The notes: generated from the letters alone by a model not told the origin. 64,000 bases of DNA from Chiloscyllium plagiosum (GCF_004010195.1 NC_057718.1:85614664-85678663), one strand, 5' to 3'; numbered from the stretch's first letter, positions 26,931 through 37,865 are shown. Numbers and translations are program-made.

Positions 26931-27531
26931 TGAGAGAGAAAAAATTCAGGTTGTCAGGTGTATGTTGACTTTAATGAATATAGAGGGTCTTTTAAAGAAA
27001 TAGTTTTAAGATAAGAAATAACCTTGAGTATTGTAGCTGACCACAAAAGAAGCAGCAGGGGCATTTTGCAATAAGCTCATAGTTTGTAGGTCCGCTTTTT
27101 GGACTATCAAAATAGTAAAGGATGATCTCAGAAGTCAGAAGGTAAGAAAAGAGGAACTGGATAAAATAACAGGAAGGCTGTCACGAACAAGGACAGCCAA
27201 ATGAGACAGATCTAAAAGGAAAACAAGTGAGGTACTTAATAAGTATGATCGGCTTAGGCTTGGGTGCAGGGAATTACCAAATGAGGGAATAACGGGCGCA
27301 AGTAATAACCAAATAAGGGGATAGAATGAAATAGACACTTATGATAGGTTTATTGCTTAGTGTAGGGGTGTCGAGAGACCCCACAGAAAGGTATAAAAAA
27401 CTCTATTTTATTGACAGGTGTGGCTCTCCTTGTAGAGCCACCCATCTTTAAAGATGTTCAAATAAATGTACTACTTCGGAACTCTTTGACTCAGATTGAA
27501 AATTATTGATTAAGTGGGTTCGTTTCTCACA
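26931..27531 (+). repeat. 5' LTR (601 bp)
   Basis: TGAGAGAG...TTTCTCACA; TATAAAA 27392-27398; AATAAA 27461-27466; short R hairpin GTGGCTCT/AGAGCCAC. Confidence 0.96.
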
Positions 27532-27533
27532 AT

Positions 27534-27551
27534 TGGGGGCTCGTCCGGGGT
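27534..27551 (+). promoter_or_regulatory. Primer-binding site, tRNA-Pro
   Basis: TGGGGGCTCGTCCGGGGT, 17/18 identical to the MLV-type PBS-Pro TGGGGGCTCGTCCGGGAT, 2 nt after the LTR. Confidence 0.93.
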
Positions 27552-27806
27552 GAATTTCAGCTCCTTAAAAGGCTCCCACCGTCGATAACTGAGAAGGCGC
27601 GCTCCGTTCCTTTAGAACAGTCTCATGTTTTTCAGCGGTGGGTGGCTTGAGGGATTGCCTGAATTGAATCCTTTAAGAGTTGTTCCGAACCAGTTGGTAG
27701 TGAGTGTGTGTACCTTGAGTTGGACTCAAGGGGACCTTGGGTGGGACCCAAGGGGGAAGGCACAACCGGAAGACGTCTAATAGCCAGGTAACTTTGTGCA
27801 CAGACC

Positions 27807-27815
27807 AAGGTAAGA
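27807..27815 (+). promoter_or_regulatory. Probable major splice donor of the provirus
   Basis: AAG|GTAAGA in the leader; candidate env acceptor TTTGTTTTTTCTCAG at 30433. Confidence 0.55.
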
Positions 27816-28153
27816 AAATTGACTTTTAAGTACTACCTTGGTGGCTGGGGCTTGGGTTTTAGTAGTTATGAGGGACTAACGAAAGTATCCTGGGGGTTCG
27901 GGAGTACCAAACTCCTACGTCAAGTTGGACTCGAGGTTTCTGGTTCATAGGGGTGGGACCCCTAACTCGATTGCCTTTTCGCGATTTACAAGGACACCAG
28001 AATCACCTGACAAGGGTCAGGCTAACCCCTATAAAGTGCCCTACCTTGAGTTGGACTCAAGGAGTTTCTGGGGAAAGAATCCTCAGATTCTGTAGGGATT
28101 GGATCCTTATTGGGAGAGGTGATTGAGGCCACTGGGTGGTGAACCAGGGTGAA

Positions 28154-29635
28154 ATGAGTTGTGCAACAAGTAGTAAAGGAAAATCCTCTGTTGAGAAGGG
28201 AGGCGTCCCTAGCAACATTCCTCCAGAAAGTCTGTTGGGTAGGATGTTGGGAAATGAACACAAACACGACAAAAAGATAGAAAAAAGATGATAAAGTATT
28301 GTTGTTTTGTTTGGATTAAGGAACCTATTCTTCGTCCTGCCGTCTTCTGGCTAAAGTACGGGTTGGACGAAGACTGGGTTTGTCAATATTTAAATTTATA
28401 TGTTAATGAAAAAGAACCCTTCAGTCAGGAGGAGTCTGATTATGCCTCCTGTTGGAAGGGTGAATCTAAAATACGGATGTGCCCTGTAAAAATAGATGAA
28501 AAGAAAATCTCTAGTGCACCGAGTCAGGGGCAGGCAGTGGGACTGGGGCAGGGGGATGAAGGTCCCACCACATCTGAGACAGAACAGGAAATAGATAAAA
28601 GTTAGGTCCTGATTGCAAAACGCACCAGAAGCCAAATGGAAAGATTAGAAGAAAGTAAAGGGGAGGCAGAAGAAATGTTGGTCCAAAACATGCTTCCATT
28701 AAGAGAGGTCCCAATTGGGGAAAGAGAAATTGGATTTGTTAATGTCCCTTTAACTAGTGGGGAAGTAAGGTCCTTTAAAAAAGAAATGAAAATACTTATA
28801 GAAGACCCGGTAGGTTTGTCAGAACAGATTGATCAATTCCTGGGTCCGTATGTATATAGTTGGACAGAATTGATGTCCATACTAAATATTTTATTTAGTG
28901 GAGAAGAAAGAGGGTTGATAAGGAAAGCAGCATTTGGGCTCTGGGACAGGGAACACCCCATGGAAACTGAAGGGGCAGGTCAGGCAGAGGATAAGTTCCC
29001 CTTAAGAGACCCCAATTGGGATAATCAAAAACAAGAAGATAGGGAAAAGATTAAAAGTATGAAAAATTTATTAATAAGAGCAATTGGAGAAGCTGCCCCA
29101 AAGTCACAGAATTTAATGAAGGCATTTGAGGTATGTCAAAGAAAGGGAGAGAGTCCCTCGGAGTTTTTACAAAGACTGAAGGACTCTATGCGCAAATATT
29201 CTGGGATGGATTTAGAGGGGCCAGTGGGGGAAGGATTGTTGAAAATACACTTTGTGACTAAGTCTTGGCCAGATAGTCAGAAGAAAATACAGAAAGTAGA
29301 GGGATGGAGTGAGAAACCATTAGATGAGTTGCTGAGGGAGGCCCGGAGAGTGTCTGTAAGGAGAGAGGACGAAAAGCAGAAACAAAAGGCAAAAATAATG
29401 ATAGCCCACGGTTGATGAGACAATAAAGAAAAAGACAAAACTAAAAGAAGAAAGAAACCGGAATGGTCGGGGAGGAGATGTTAAGGGGTTTGGTGGACGG
29501 GAACAAGGATCAAAGTGGAAATCCCCACAGGTGGGATGATATTACTGTGGAAAGACAGGTCACTTTAAGAGAGTGTGTCCAGATCTGAAAAAGGGAGCAA
29601 AGGCAATACCATTTATGAACCTTGATGAAAAATAG
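28154..29635 (+). pseudogene. gag: ERV gag (MA-CA-NC), frameshifted and with stops
   Basis: MSCATSS start (likely a mutated MG myristoylation site), IPPESLLGRML, KMIKYCCFVW, capsid LREVP...EDP, MHR QRKGESPSEFLQRL, zinc knuckle *YYCGKTGHFKRVC (first Cys now TGA at 29537), TAG at 29633. Confidence 0.92.
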
Positions 29636-29770
29636 GGGTGTCAGGAGTTCCTGCCCCCGGGGACCCACCAGGAACCCTTGAGAAATTTAAAGGTGGGACT
29701 TTATAAAGAGAACATAGTTTCCGAGTTGATACGGGGGCAGTAAGGTCATCCTTAAATTTTAAGCCCAAGG
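29636..29770 (+). pseudogene. pro: ERV protease N-terminal stub
   Basis: Follows the gag TAG; active-site motif VDTGA (DTGA at 29728-29739) after one frameshift; viral similarity is lost after NFKPK. Confidence 0.85.
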
Positions 29771-30368
29771 CAGCGGGAATGAAAGAGTTAATTGGATTAT
29801 GGCGACAATCTTGTGATGAGAGGCATGAAGAATCAGTTTTGCGCTCATGAAAAAATTCTGCCACCAAATTGGGATTGAATTAACTGCAGATGGTGCTGTG
29901 AAACCTGTTGAGGTTCTTAAAAATGAATGTGCTCGAGCAAAACGATTACAGAAACAGAATGAGAAGTCACAAGTGACTGGTAAACAAACAGAACTGCGCA
30001 ACTACAGTTTTAAAAATGTTTTAGTCACTTGTTGCATTTCCACCCTGAATTATAGATAATGATTTTTATATTTATATAATATATAATTAATAATTAATAT
30101 TTATAATAAATTGATTGCGCCAGCCTGAATCAATATTAATTGGCAGGATCCCTTCACACATTCTCAGTGACCTGTCATATTGATTCATGGTTCATTTAAA
30201 ACATGACTGCATTAATTTATTGTTAATTAAAGAGTGGAAAGCTACATTACTGGCTGATGAGGTAACTAAAGAAGCAGTCCTGAATCCACAGGAAGCGGTG
30301 GTTTATTCCCTAATACGTACTGTCCCAGGTCCTCGGGAAGCTCCTATCTCTGGCCACTGCCAATCCCA
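29771..30368 (+). other. Non-retroviral segment replacing pol
   Basis: No YXDD, RNase H, HHCC or DDE motifs; two coding-like blocks flank a very AT-rich stretch (30061-30112). Confidence 0.7.
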
Positions 30369-30719
30369 GAAACTAAAGATTTGTTCTTAAAAGAGCATAT
30401 GCTGGGCTGGTCCTCCTCTTTGTTTTTTCTCAGGAAGCACGGTTTATTGGCACAGACTCCGCCCCTTGAATTTGCTGTGCATCCGCTCAGACCGGGAGAT
30501 TGGCTCTTAGTAAAATCATGGACAGAGATTAAATTGCAACCAGTCTGGGAAGGACTGTACCAGACTCTCTTGACCACTGAAACAACGATAAGGATGGCAG
30601 AGAAAGGCTGGACTCACTACACTCTGATCAAAGGGCCAGTGGAATCTCCAGTTGAGGAAGGAGTCTGGACAGCGGAATCAATGCAAGAACCACTGAAACT
30701 CAGGATAAAGGGACTTTGA
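30369..30719 (+). pseudogene. pol: ERV integrase C-terminal domain
   Basis: ETKDLFLKEHMLG...LLAQTPPLEFAVHPLRPGDWLLVKSW...LQPVWEGLYQTLLTTET...KGWTHYT...EPLKLRI (gamma-like GPY/F module). Confidence 0.9.
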
Positions 30720-30809
30720 GTAACTGATTATAAAGTGGTGACGTGAGCGCGGCATTATTTCTGTAGGATTGTATATTAAGTTTTTTTGTGCTTCAGCACG
30801 ATTTTTAGA

Positions 30810-32660
30810 ATGCTGGGGGTGCTTCGAGTTATGATACTAGCCCTCTTAATATTGGGATTTTGTCAAACATTATTTTCATGTGTGTTATTAACGGTCCCTA
30901 AATCTGATAATCCGCAAGTAATAGACCTGATGCACGCAGCTTAGTAAATTGTGGGGATGGAGATAATCAGAGACAGTACCGCAGCTCAGAGATACATCTT
31001 AAGTCCTATGGGGATGGTCTTGGGGATGGCACTTGGTATAATGGTCTCGTCACAGTACAGCGGGCCCCATATTTGGGATAGAAATGAAAACAAACAGGAA
31101 TGATTTCTCGGGCAGTTGTTTTTGAATTAGCATAGGACAGGGAAAATGGGCAGAACTACTGGCTAATAAGTTACAACCTTTCACCCTTCCTGATGACCTT
31201 AAAGTAGTAAAAATTATAGAGGTAAAGGACTTAAAACAGATCATTGAAATAGAAACTGGATACGGGGATACAAATGCTTGGGTTGAATGGGTGAAATATA
31301 CTGTGAAAAGTCTGAATAAAAGCAATTGCTATGCATGTGCCTCAGGTAGACCGGTGGCTCGCGTGGTCCCCTTTCCGCTCGGGTGGAAGCGAGACAGGGC
31401 TGGTATAATATGCATGATATAATACGCCTGTATCAGGGTGAGACGGCGTGGGGTAACCCAGGCTGTCGGTCTTTGCTGTTGTTGTTCCCTCCCCTGAAGA
31501 AGGAGGAATTAAAAACTCCCCCTTCATTTTTGGACGTGGTCGGGAATCACACCTCCTGTGTACGAAGGCAGGGGTCAGACCAGTCCCGATTTCTAGGAGA
31601 CTTAAAGTCATGCTCGGAAATTGAATCGGTTTCCGAGACAGAGTGGGGAGGAAACTATTCAGCTTTAAAGATACTCCGAGCGGATTTGTGGTGGTACTGT
31701 GGCGGAAAGATTCTAAGACCTACTATGCCCTCTGACTGGCGAGGCACTTGTGCAATTGTACAATTGGCTATTCCATTCACCCTAGCATTTGAACGAGGTG
31801 AGATTCCTGAACTGAAGAAAAGGAGGAGGGCACGGTCAGTCTTTGCTACCTCCTTTGATGATGATATTTATTTGGACTTGATAGGGGTTCCCAGATGGGT
31901 GCCTGATGAATTTAAGGCCCGTAACCAGATAGCAGCTGGATTTGAGTCTCTCTTCTGGTGGGTTACGATTAATAAAAATGTCGATTGGATTAATTACATC
32001 TATTACAACCAACATAGATTTATAAATTACACCTGAAATGTTGTTAAAGGAATAGCTGAACAGTTAGATGCCACAAGCAGGATGGCCTGGGAAAATAGGG
32101 TGGCCTTAGATATGACTTTGGCAGAAAAAAGAGGAGTTTGTGTTATGTTAGGGGGAAGTTGCTGTACCTTTATTCCGAATAACACAGCCCCAGACGGCTC
32201 GATTACTCAAGCCTTACAAGGATTGACGACCCTCTCACGTGAATTGGCTGAAAATTCTGGGGTGGACACTTCAATAATGGGGTGGTTGGAGTCTTGATTC
32301 GGCAAATGGAAAGGAGTTGTGGTTTCTATTCTAACCTCCTTGACAGTGGTCGTTGGGAGTCTGGCAGCGCTGGGCTGTTGTATTATTCCTTGTATTCGGA
32401 GTCTCGCACAGAGAATGGTTGAGACTGCCTTGACCAAACAGATGCCCCTGAAGGTTATGCAGGGGGACGGCCTTTACTTGTTAACAACTTATGATGTTGA
32501 GAATACCCCCAAAGGCAATTCCAAAGTAGATGACCTTTCAGGTCTGATGCTCTCTAACCTGGAGGCCTCATTGTCCCAGAATCAAGAAGATCAACATACA
32601 CTGACAAAAAAAAAGGAGGAATTGAGAGAGAAAAATTTCAGGTTGTCAGGTGTATGTTGA
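30810..32660 (+). pseudogene. env: ERV env (gamma-type SU-TM), decayed and probably internally deleted in SU
   Basis: Signal peptide MLGVLRVMILALLILG; ETGYGDTNAWVEW; CYAC (31327); furin site KKRRRAR; GVPRWVPDEFKARNQIAAGFES; ISD WENRVALDMTLAEKRGVC; CX6CC; TM helix; stops at 32034 and 32295. Confidence 0.93.
32606..32621 (+). promoter_or_regulatory. Polypurine tract
   Basis: AAAAAAAAAGGAGGAA immediately before the 3' LTR. Confidence 0.88.
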
Positions 32661-33213
32661 CTTTAATGAATATAGAGGGTCTTTTAAAGAAATAGTTTTA
32701 AGATAAGAAATAACCTTGAGTATTGTAGCTGACCACAAAAGAAGCAGCAGGGGCATTTTGCAATAAGCTCATAGTTTGTAGGTCCGCTTTTTGGACTATC
32801 AAAATAGTAAAGGATGATCTCAGAAGTCAGAAGGTAAGAAAAGAGGAACTGGATAAAATAACAGGAAGGCTGTAACGAACAAGGACAGCCAAATGAGACA
32901 GATTTAAAAGGAAAACAAATGAGGTACTTAATAAGTATGATCGGCTTAGGCTTGGGTGCAGGGAATTACCAAATGAGAGAATAACAGGCGCAAATAAGGG
33001 GATAGAATGAAATAGACACTTATGATAGGTTTATTGCTTAGTGTAGGGGTGTCAAGAGACCTCTCAGAAAGGTATAAAAAACTCTGTATTTTACTGTCGG
33101 GTGTGGCTCTTCTCGTAGAGCCGCCCATCTTTAAAGATGTTCGAATAAATGTACTGCTTCGGAACTCTTTGACTCAGACTGAAAATTATTGATAAGTGGG
33201 TTCGTTTCTCACA
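32623..33213 (+). repeat. 3' LTR (591 bp)
   Basis: Direct repeat of the 5' LTR; about 18 substitutions and 3 indels by manual alignment. Confidence 0.96.
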
Positions 33214-33369
33214 TTAACATTGTGATCTTTTGTACTGGCTGAAATAAATTTCACACTATTTGGCTGAATCTAGATTCAACCGCGACATGTTCAGGTCAAA
33301 ATTGCAAGATTCTGTACTGATTGTCATCAGCTCTTGTAACCATTGTGTATATTGTAACCATTGTGTTTA

Positions 33370-33760
33370 TGTGGGTAGTCTAGTTGAGTTTCTGGTCAAT
33401 GGTAACTCCAAGGCTGTTAATAATGGAGATTCAGTGATGCTAACACCATTAAATGTCAAGGGTCAGTGGTTGGGTTGTCTTTTATTGAGGATGGCCATTG
33501 CCTGGCATTTGTGTGATGTGAAGGCTATTTTCCACTTGTTAGCTCAAGCCTGGATATTGTCCAGATCTTGCTGCATTTGAACATGGTCTGCTTTAGTATC
33601 TGAGGATTTGTGAATGGTGCTGAACAGTGTGCAATCATTGGAGAACATCCCAATTTCTGACCTAATGATGGAGTGAAGTTTATTGACAGAGCAACTGAAG
33701 ATGGTTGGGTGTAGGACACTACCATGAGGAACTTCTGCAGAGATATCCTGGAGCTGAGCG
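33370..33760 (-). mobile_element. Decayed LINE RT fragment (CR1/L2 group)
   Basis: EVPHGSVLHPTIFS...MFSNDCTL...QQDLDNIQAW, a degenerate [10 protein letters not shown] / FADD. Confidence 0.7.
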
Positions 33761-34439
33761 AGAGCCTGGTCTCTGGTAGTCCTCTGATTACCGGCTGCCT
33801 TGGGCATTTCTTTCTCAGAGGCTGCAGAGCTATCACAGCGAGGTGCTGAGCATATAGTGGTCCTGCACTCTTTGTCTCGGGATCCCCTGTGAGGCCTCAG
33901 TATCGGACTGCTGGGAATGGGGTGTGGTCAGCTTGTTGATGTTTCCTCTGAAGAATGTCTCCTCTCGGTCCACTTGCAGAGATCACAGAGATGCTGGTGG
34001 TACCTGCAAACAAGTGAATGAATCATGGTCAATGGCTCGACGTGATGTGCGATTACTGAAACTGACAGCGCGGTTAGTGGGAGAATGGCAGAGGCAGGCA
34101 GGGTGAGATTTACTTATTTGGTGCAGCATGTATGTTTCTGCAGCCCCACAGGAGTGGTATCAGTTTGGTCCTGCGAGGGCAAGGATCATCGAGGATTTGG
34201 AATTTCTTAGCTCCCTACCCCTACACTTTCCAAGTTGTCTCCAGGTATGGGCTGTTTTTCCCTGTAACATCAGAAGAGGAGGAATGAGTGAAAGAGAAGT
34301 GGGTGGCACAGCTGTTAGTGCTGGCACAGATGGAGAAAGTGTGGGGAGCTATTCTGATGGAGGCAATGTGGCTGGCATGCTGGGTTTGAGAATGAACGAG
34401 AATGAGTGAGGGAAGATGGAACATGCAGTAGTGAGAGTG

Positions 34440-34690
34440 GCAGAGAAAAGAATGTGGTGCATACTTTGGCGGAGCAGACAAGGCCAATGACCTTTATTCT
34501 ATATTGTTGACCCTTTCTCCCCACCATGGAGATGGCACTGGCCTGGGTAACGACCTCCAGGACTCTGTTGGGGAATAGTAATGCCATCTTTTCCTTCTCT
34601 GCCCATGTGCTGACTCTGCCGTTGATTGAGCAGGGCAGCTTCAGAATGCCAGTCCCTGCCTGGGCACACAGTGGCCTTTTAAAGATGGCG
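34440..34690 (-). mobile_element. Harbinger-type Myb/SANT accessory protein remnant
   Basis: LEVVTQASAISMVGRKGQQYRIKVIGLVCSAK resembles the Myb/SANT pattern W.EVA..VSA.S...R...QCRKK..DL.RSAK. Confidence 0.45.
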
Positions 34691-34848
34691 AGGCTGTGAA
34701 GGATGTTGGTGTTTCAGCTGTTATCTACTGAGTGCTGCATTGTCACGGGAATGGCATGTGGTAAGGTGGGGTGGCATGCAGACACGAGAGATGCCATAGT
34801 GGCGGGGTGGCTAATTGATGAGGTGAGTTTGGTAAGATACAGAGAGAG

Positions 34849-35328
34849 CTGAAAATGTGTTGCTGGAAAAGCGCAGCAGGTCAGGCAGCATCCAGGGAAC
34901 AGGGGAATCGANNNNNNNNNNNNNNNNNNNNNNNNNNNNNNNNNNNNNNNNNNNNNNNNNNNNNNNNNNNNNNNNNNNNNNNNNNNNNNNNNNNNNNNNN
35001 NNNNNNNNNNNNNNNNNNNNNNNNNNNNNNNNNNNNNNNNNNNNNNNNNNNNNNNNNNNNNNNNNNNNNNNNNNNNNNNNNNNNNNNNNNNNNNNNNNNN
35101 NNNNNNNNNNNNNNNNNNNNNNNNNNNNNNNNNNNNNNNNNNNNNNNNNNNNNNNNNNNNNNNNNNNNNNNNNNNNNNNNNNNACAAACTTTCCTCATTC
35201 CTGAAGAAGGGCTTATGCCCGAAACGTCGATTTTCCTGTTCCCTGGATGCTGCCTGACCTGCTGCGCTTTTCCAGCAACACATTTTCAGCTCTGATCTCC
35301 AGCATCTGCAGATCTCACTTTCTCCTCA
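34849..35328. mobile_element. Penelope-derived inverted insertion with hammerhead (35201-35228) and 15-bp TSD; contains gap 34912-35183
   Basis: Inverted arms; TSD AAGATACAGAGAGAG at 34834-34848 and 35329-35343; CTGAAGAAGGGCTTATGCCCGAAACGTC. Confidence 0.85.
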
Positions 35329-36819
35329 AAGATACAGAGAGAGAACTTGCTAGGCCTCACGGTGAGCAACCCTCCAAAACACCCAAAGCAACTCGAATTT
35401 GGCCAAAAAATGTAAAATCCACCCTAAATCTTTTAATGTGGAGTTGAATATTAAATGTTTTACAGTACACAAACAAAATAGCCTGTGCTACATATGGGGT
35501 CATCTATCTGTGGGTCATAGGTCATGCAACAGCAGTAAGGTGAAGCCTCCATTAAAGCTCTGTCTGTCAGCTGCAGTTCAGTTTGAGATGTCGAGTTGTT
35601 CTTTCAGCCTGGCATGTGACAATAGTCACTTTCTTGCTATCCCCCTTCAGCAATACCTTTCCTTATATTTTAAATTTTACTCTCATCATACTCGGAGCTG
35701 ATCTATTGCCCTGGAGAAAAAAAGGATTCTTCTTCCAGTTAAAAAAAAGTGTCTCATAGCAAATCAGGATTCAGCCTCATCATATTGACCAAGGGCTCAG
35801 TTCAATTATTACTGTCAGTGGCAAACACATCTATGTGTGTATTGATGGACTATATAAACAGAAACCATCTGGAACATGCTCTTACTTTGTTGGCAAGTTT
35901 GAATGTTTTATTTACAAAATTGTGCATCTTGATTAATTGTAGCATGGTTTTGTACTTCACAATTGAGTTTACAAATCATTATACCAAAAAAAGCTTAAAA
36001 GAATATGACATGGGTGATTTGATGGTGGGGTAAAAATTCAGTTGTGCATAAGCGCTGCTGGATATTGAGAAAGAAACGAAAATAATCTTATACGAAAGCA
36101 GTTCAAAACATTTTTCATGGGTGACTCGGTGTTGGAAAGAAAAGATTCAGAGCTGCATAAAAGCATCGCTGTATAGCAGTGAAGAAAAGATAAAATCTTC
36201 AGCATTTTAATTTTTTACCCTACATGTCTTATTACCCTCCCCTATTTATATCAATCTCATATTGTCCTTCGTGGTCAGTGCTGGTAAAATGCTAATTGTT
36301 TAATTAGTGACATAGAAACAAAAATAAACTTCAAGATTTCTGACCTCTCTGCTTTGTTGTGTGAGATGTCCAAGTGTTGCATAGCCCTCAAGGGGCCAGC
36401 CCAGTCTGTAGCTGTACAGTGGAGGTCTGGGTCATCGTTGTGGGAAGCAGCATTCGTATCACAGTCAGGAGCCTGCTGTCAAAGTCAGTGGCATTGAGTA
36501 GAGCCCCAGTGTTTCAGCCATCCATTTCATAACCACACGATCCACCTGCACTTCACTGCCTATGAGCAACCGCCACACTGACCCAGTGTACAACACTGCT
36601 GCAGAGTGATATGATACATAGAGACTGGAGGATGTGACCCTCGATGTAGTCAGTGCCCTGATACACGTGAAACTCCTTGAATAGCAATCCAACCCCAAAC
36701 TGACAACCACTGTTGCTATATTCTGATCTTTTTGAGCCACAGTAAGAATCTACTAGGACCTAGAGAATTGAAAGCTTGTCTGCCAATAGTGGATCAAATA
36801 AAGTTGGGCATGGATTGGC

Positions 36820-37865
36820 AGAAAGGATATTAGAGAGGGAGGAGGAGGATCCAGTTTTGTAGTCCATGCCGGGACAAACATTATAGGCAAGACTTGGAAT
36901 GAGGACTTGTTTAGGAGTATCAGGAACTAGCAATTAAATGTAAAAACAGGTCCTCAATGGTTATAATCTCTGGATTTCTGCCTAAGCTATGTGCAAATTG
37001 GTATGGAGACATAGAAATAAGGGAAATAAACACCTGGCTGAAAAAATGGTGCGGTAAAGAGGGGTTCCTTTTCATGGGGCACTGGCATCAGTGTTGGAAC
37101 AGAAGGGATCTGTACAACTGGGTCGGTCTCCATCTGAACTGAACTGGGACCGGTGTTCTAGTGAAAACGATAAATAGGATGATCGACAAGACTTTAAACT
37201 AGGAGGTGGGGGAGTGGGGGGGGGGGGAAGAGAGGTATAAAACTCCATGAAGTATAATGACCAGTGGGAAACAAAGCAGTAGGTAGGTTCTGTGGGGATG
37301 GATTCAACCATATGGAAAAATACAAAACAAAATGGAAAGAAAGGAGAAATCATGAGAGGGTATTAAAGTCTCCAGCATACAAATGGACAGAATGTTCGGA
37401 AAGGGTTAGAAATCAAATTTCAAATGCACTGGATGAAGAAATGACAATGAGACAAGGGACGGTCAATACAGGATGAAGGTGTTGTGTCTGAATGCATGCA
37501 GCATATGAAATAAGGTAATGAGCTTGTGCAGATCAAAATTGGCAGGTATGATGTGGTTGGCATCATTGAGAGATGTGGCTGCAAGGGGATCAGAACTGGG
37601 GCTAAATATCCAAGGATATACATTCTACTGAAAAGACAGGCAGGTGGGCAGAGGGGGATGGGTTGCCTTGTTAGTAAGAAATGAAATGAAATCAATAACA
37701 ATAAATGAAATAGAGTCAAATGATGTAGAATCTGTGTGGGTAGAGTTGAGGAACTGCAAAAATTAAAAAAAAAACATGATGGCAGTTATGTACAGGCCTC
37801 CAAACAGTGGGGTGCAAGATACACCAGGAAATAGAAAAGGTGTGTAAGAAAGGCAAGGTTACAGT
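36820..37865 (+). mobile_element. CR1 LINE ORF1 (SGNH esterase-like) and start of ORF2 endonuclease
   Basis: VVHAGTN, VIISGFLP, NTWLKKWCGKEGF.F, GLHLN; downstream YDVVGI and YRPPN. Confidence 0.75.

Larger units (their letters stand above)
26931..33213 (+). mobile_element. Endogenous retrovirus, class I gamma-like (HERV-I/ERV-P(b)-type env), defective, both LTRs present
   Basis: Paired TG...CA LTRs, TTAA TSD (26927-26930, 33214-33217), PBS, gag, pro stub, integrase C-terminus, env and PPT in canonical order. Confidence 0.96.

Noticed and set aside
27713..28110. Spaced palindromic repeats resembling a CRISPR array
   Set aside because: Eukaryotic retroviral leader, irregular spacing and no cas genes
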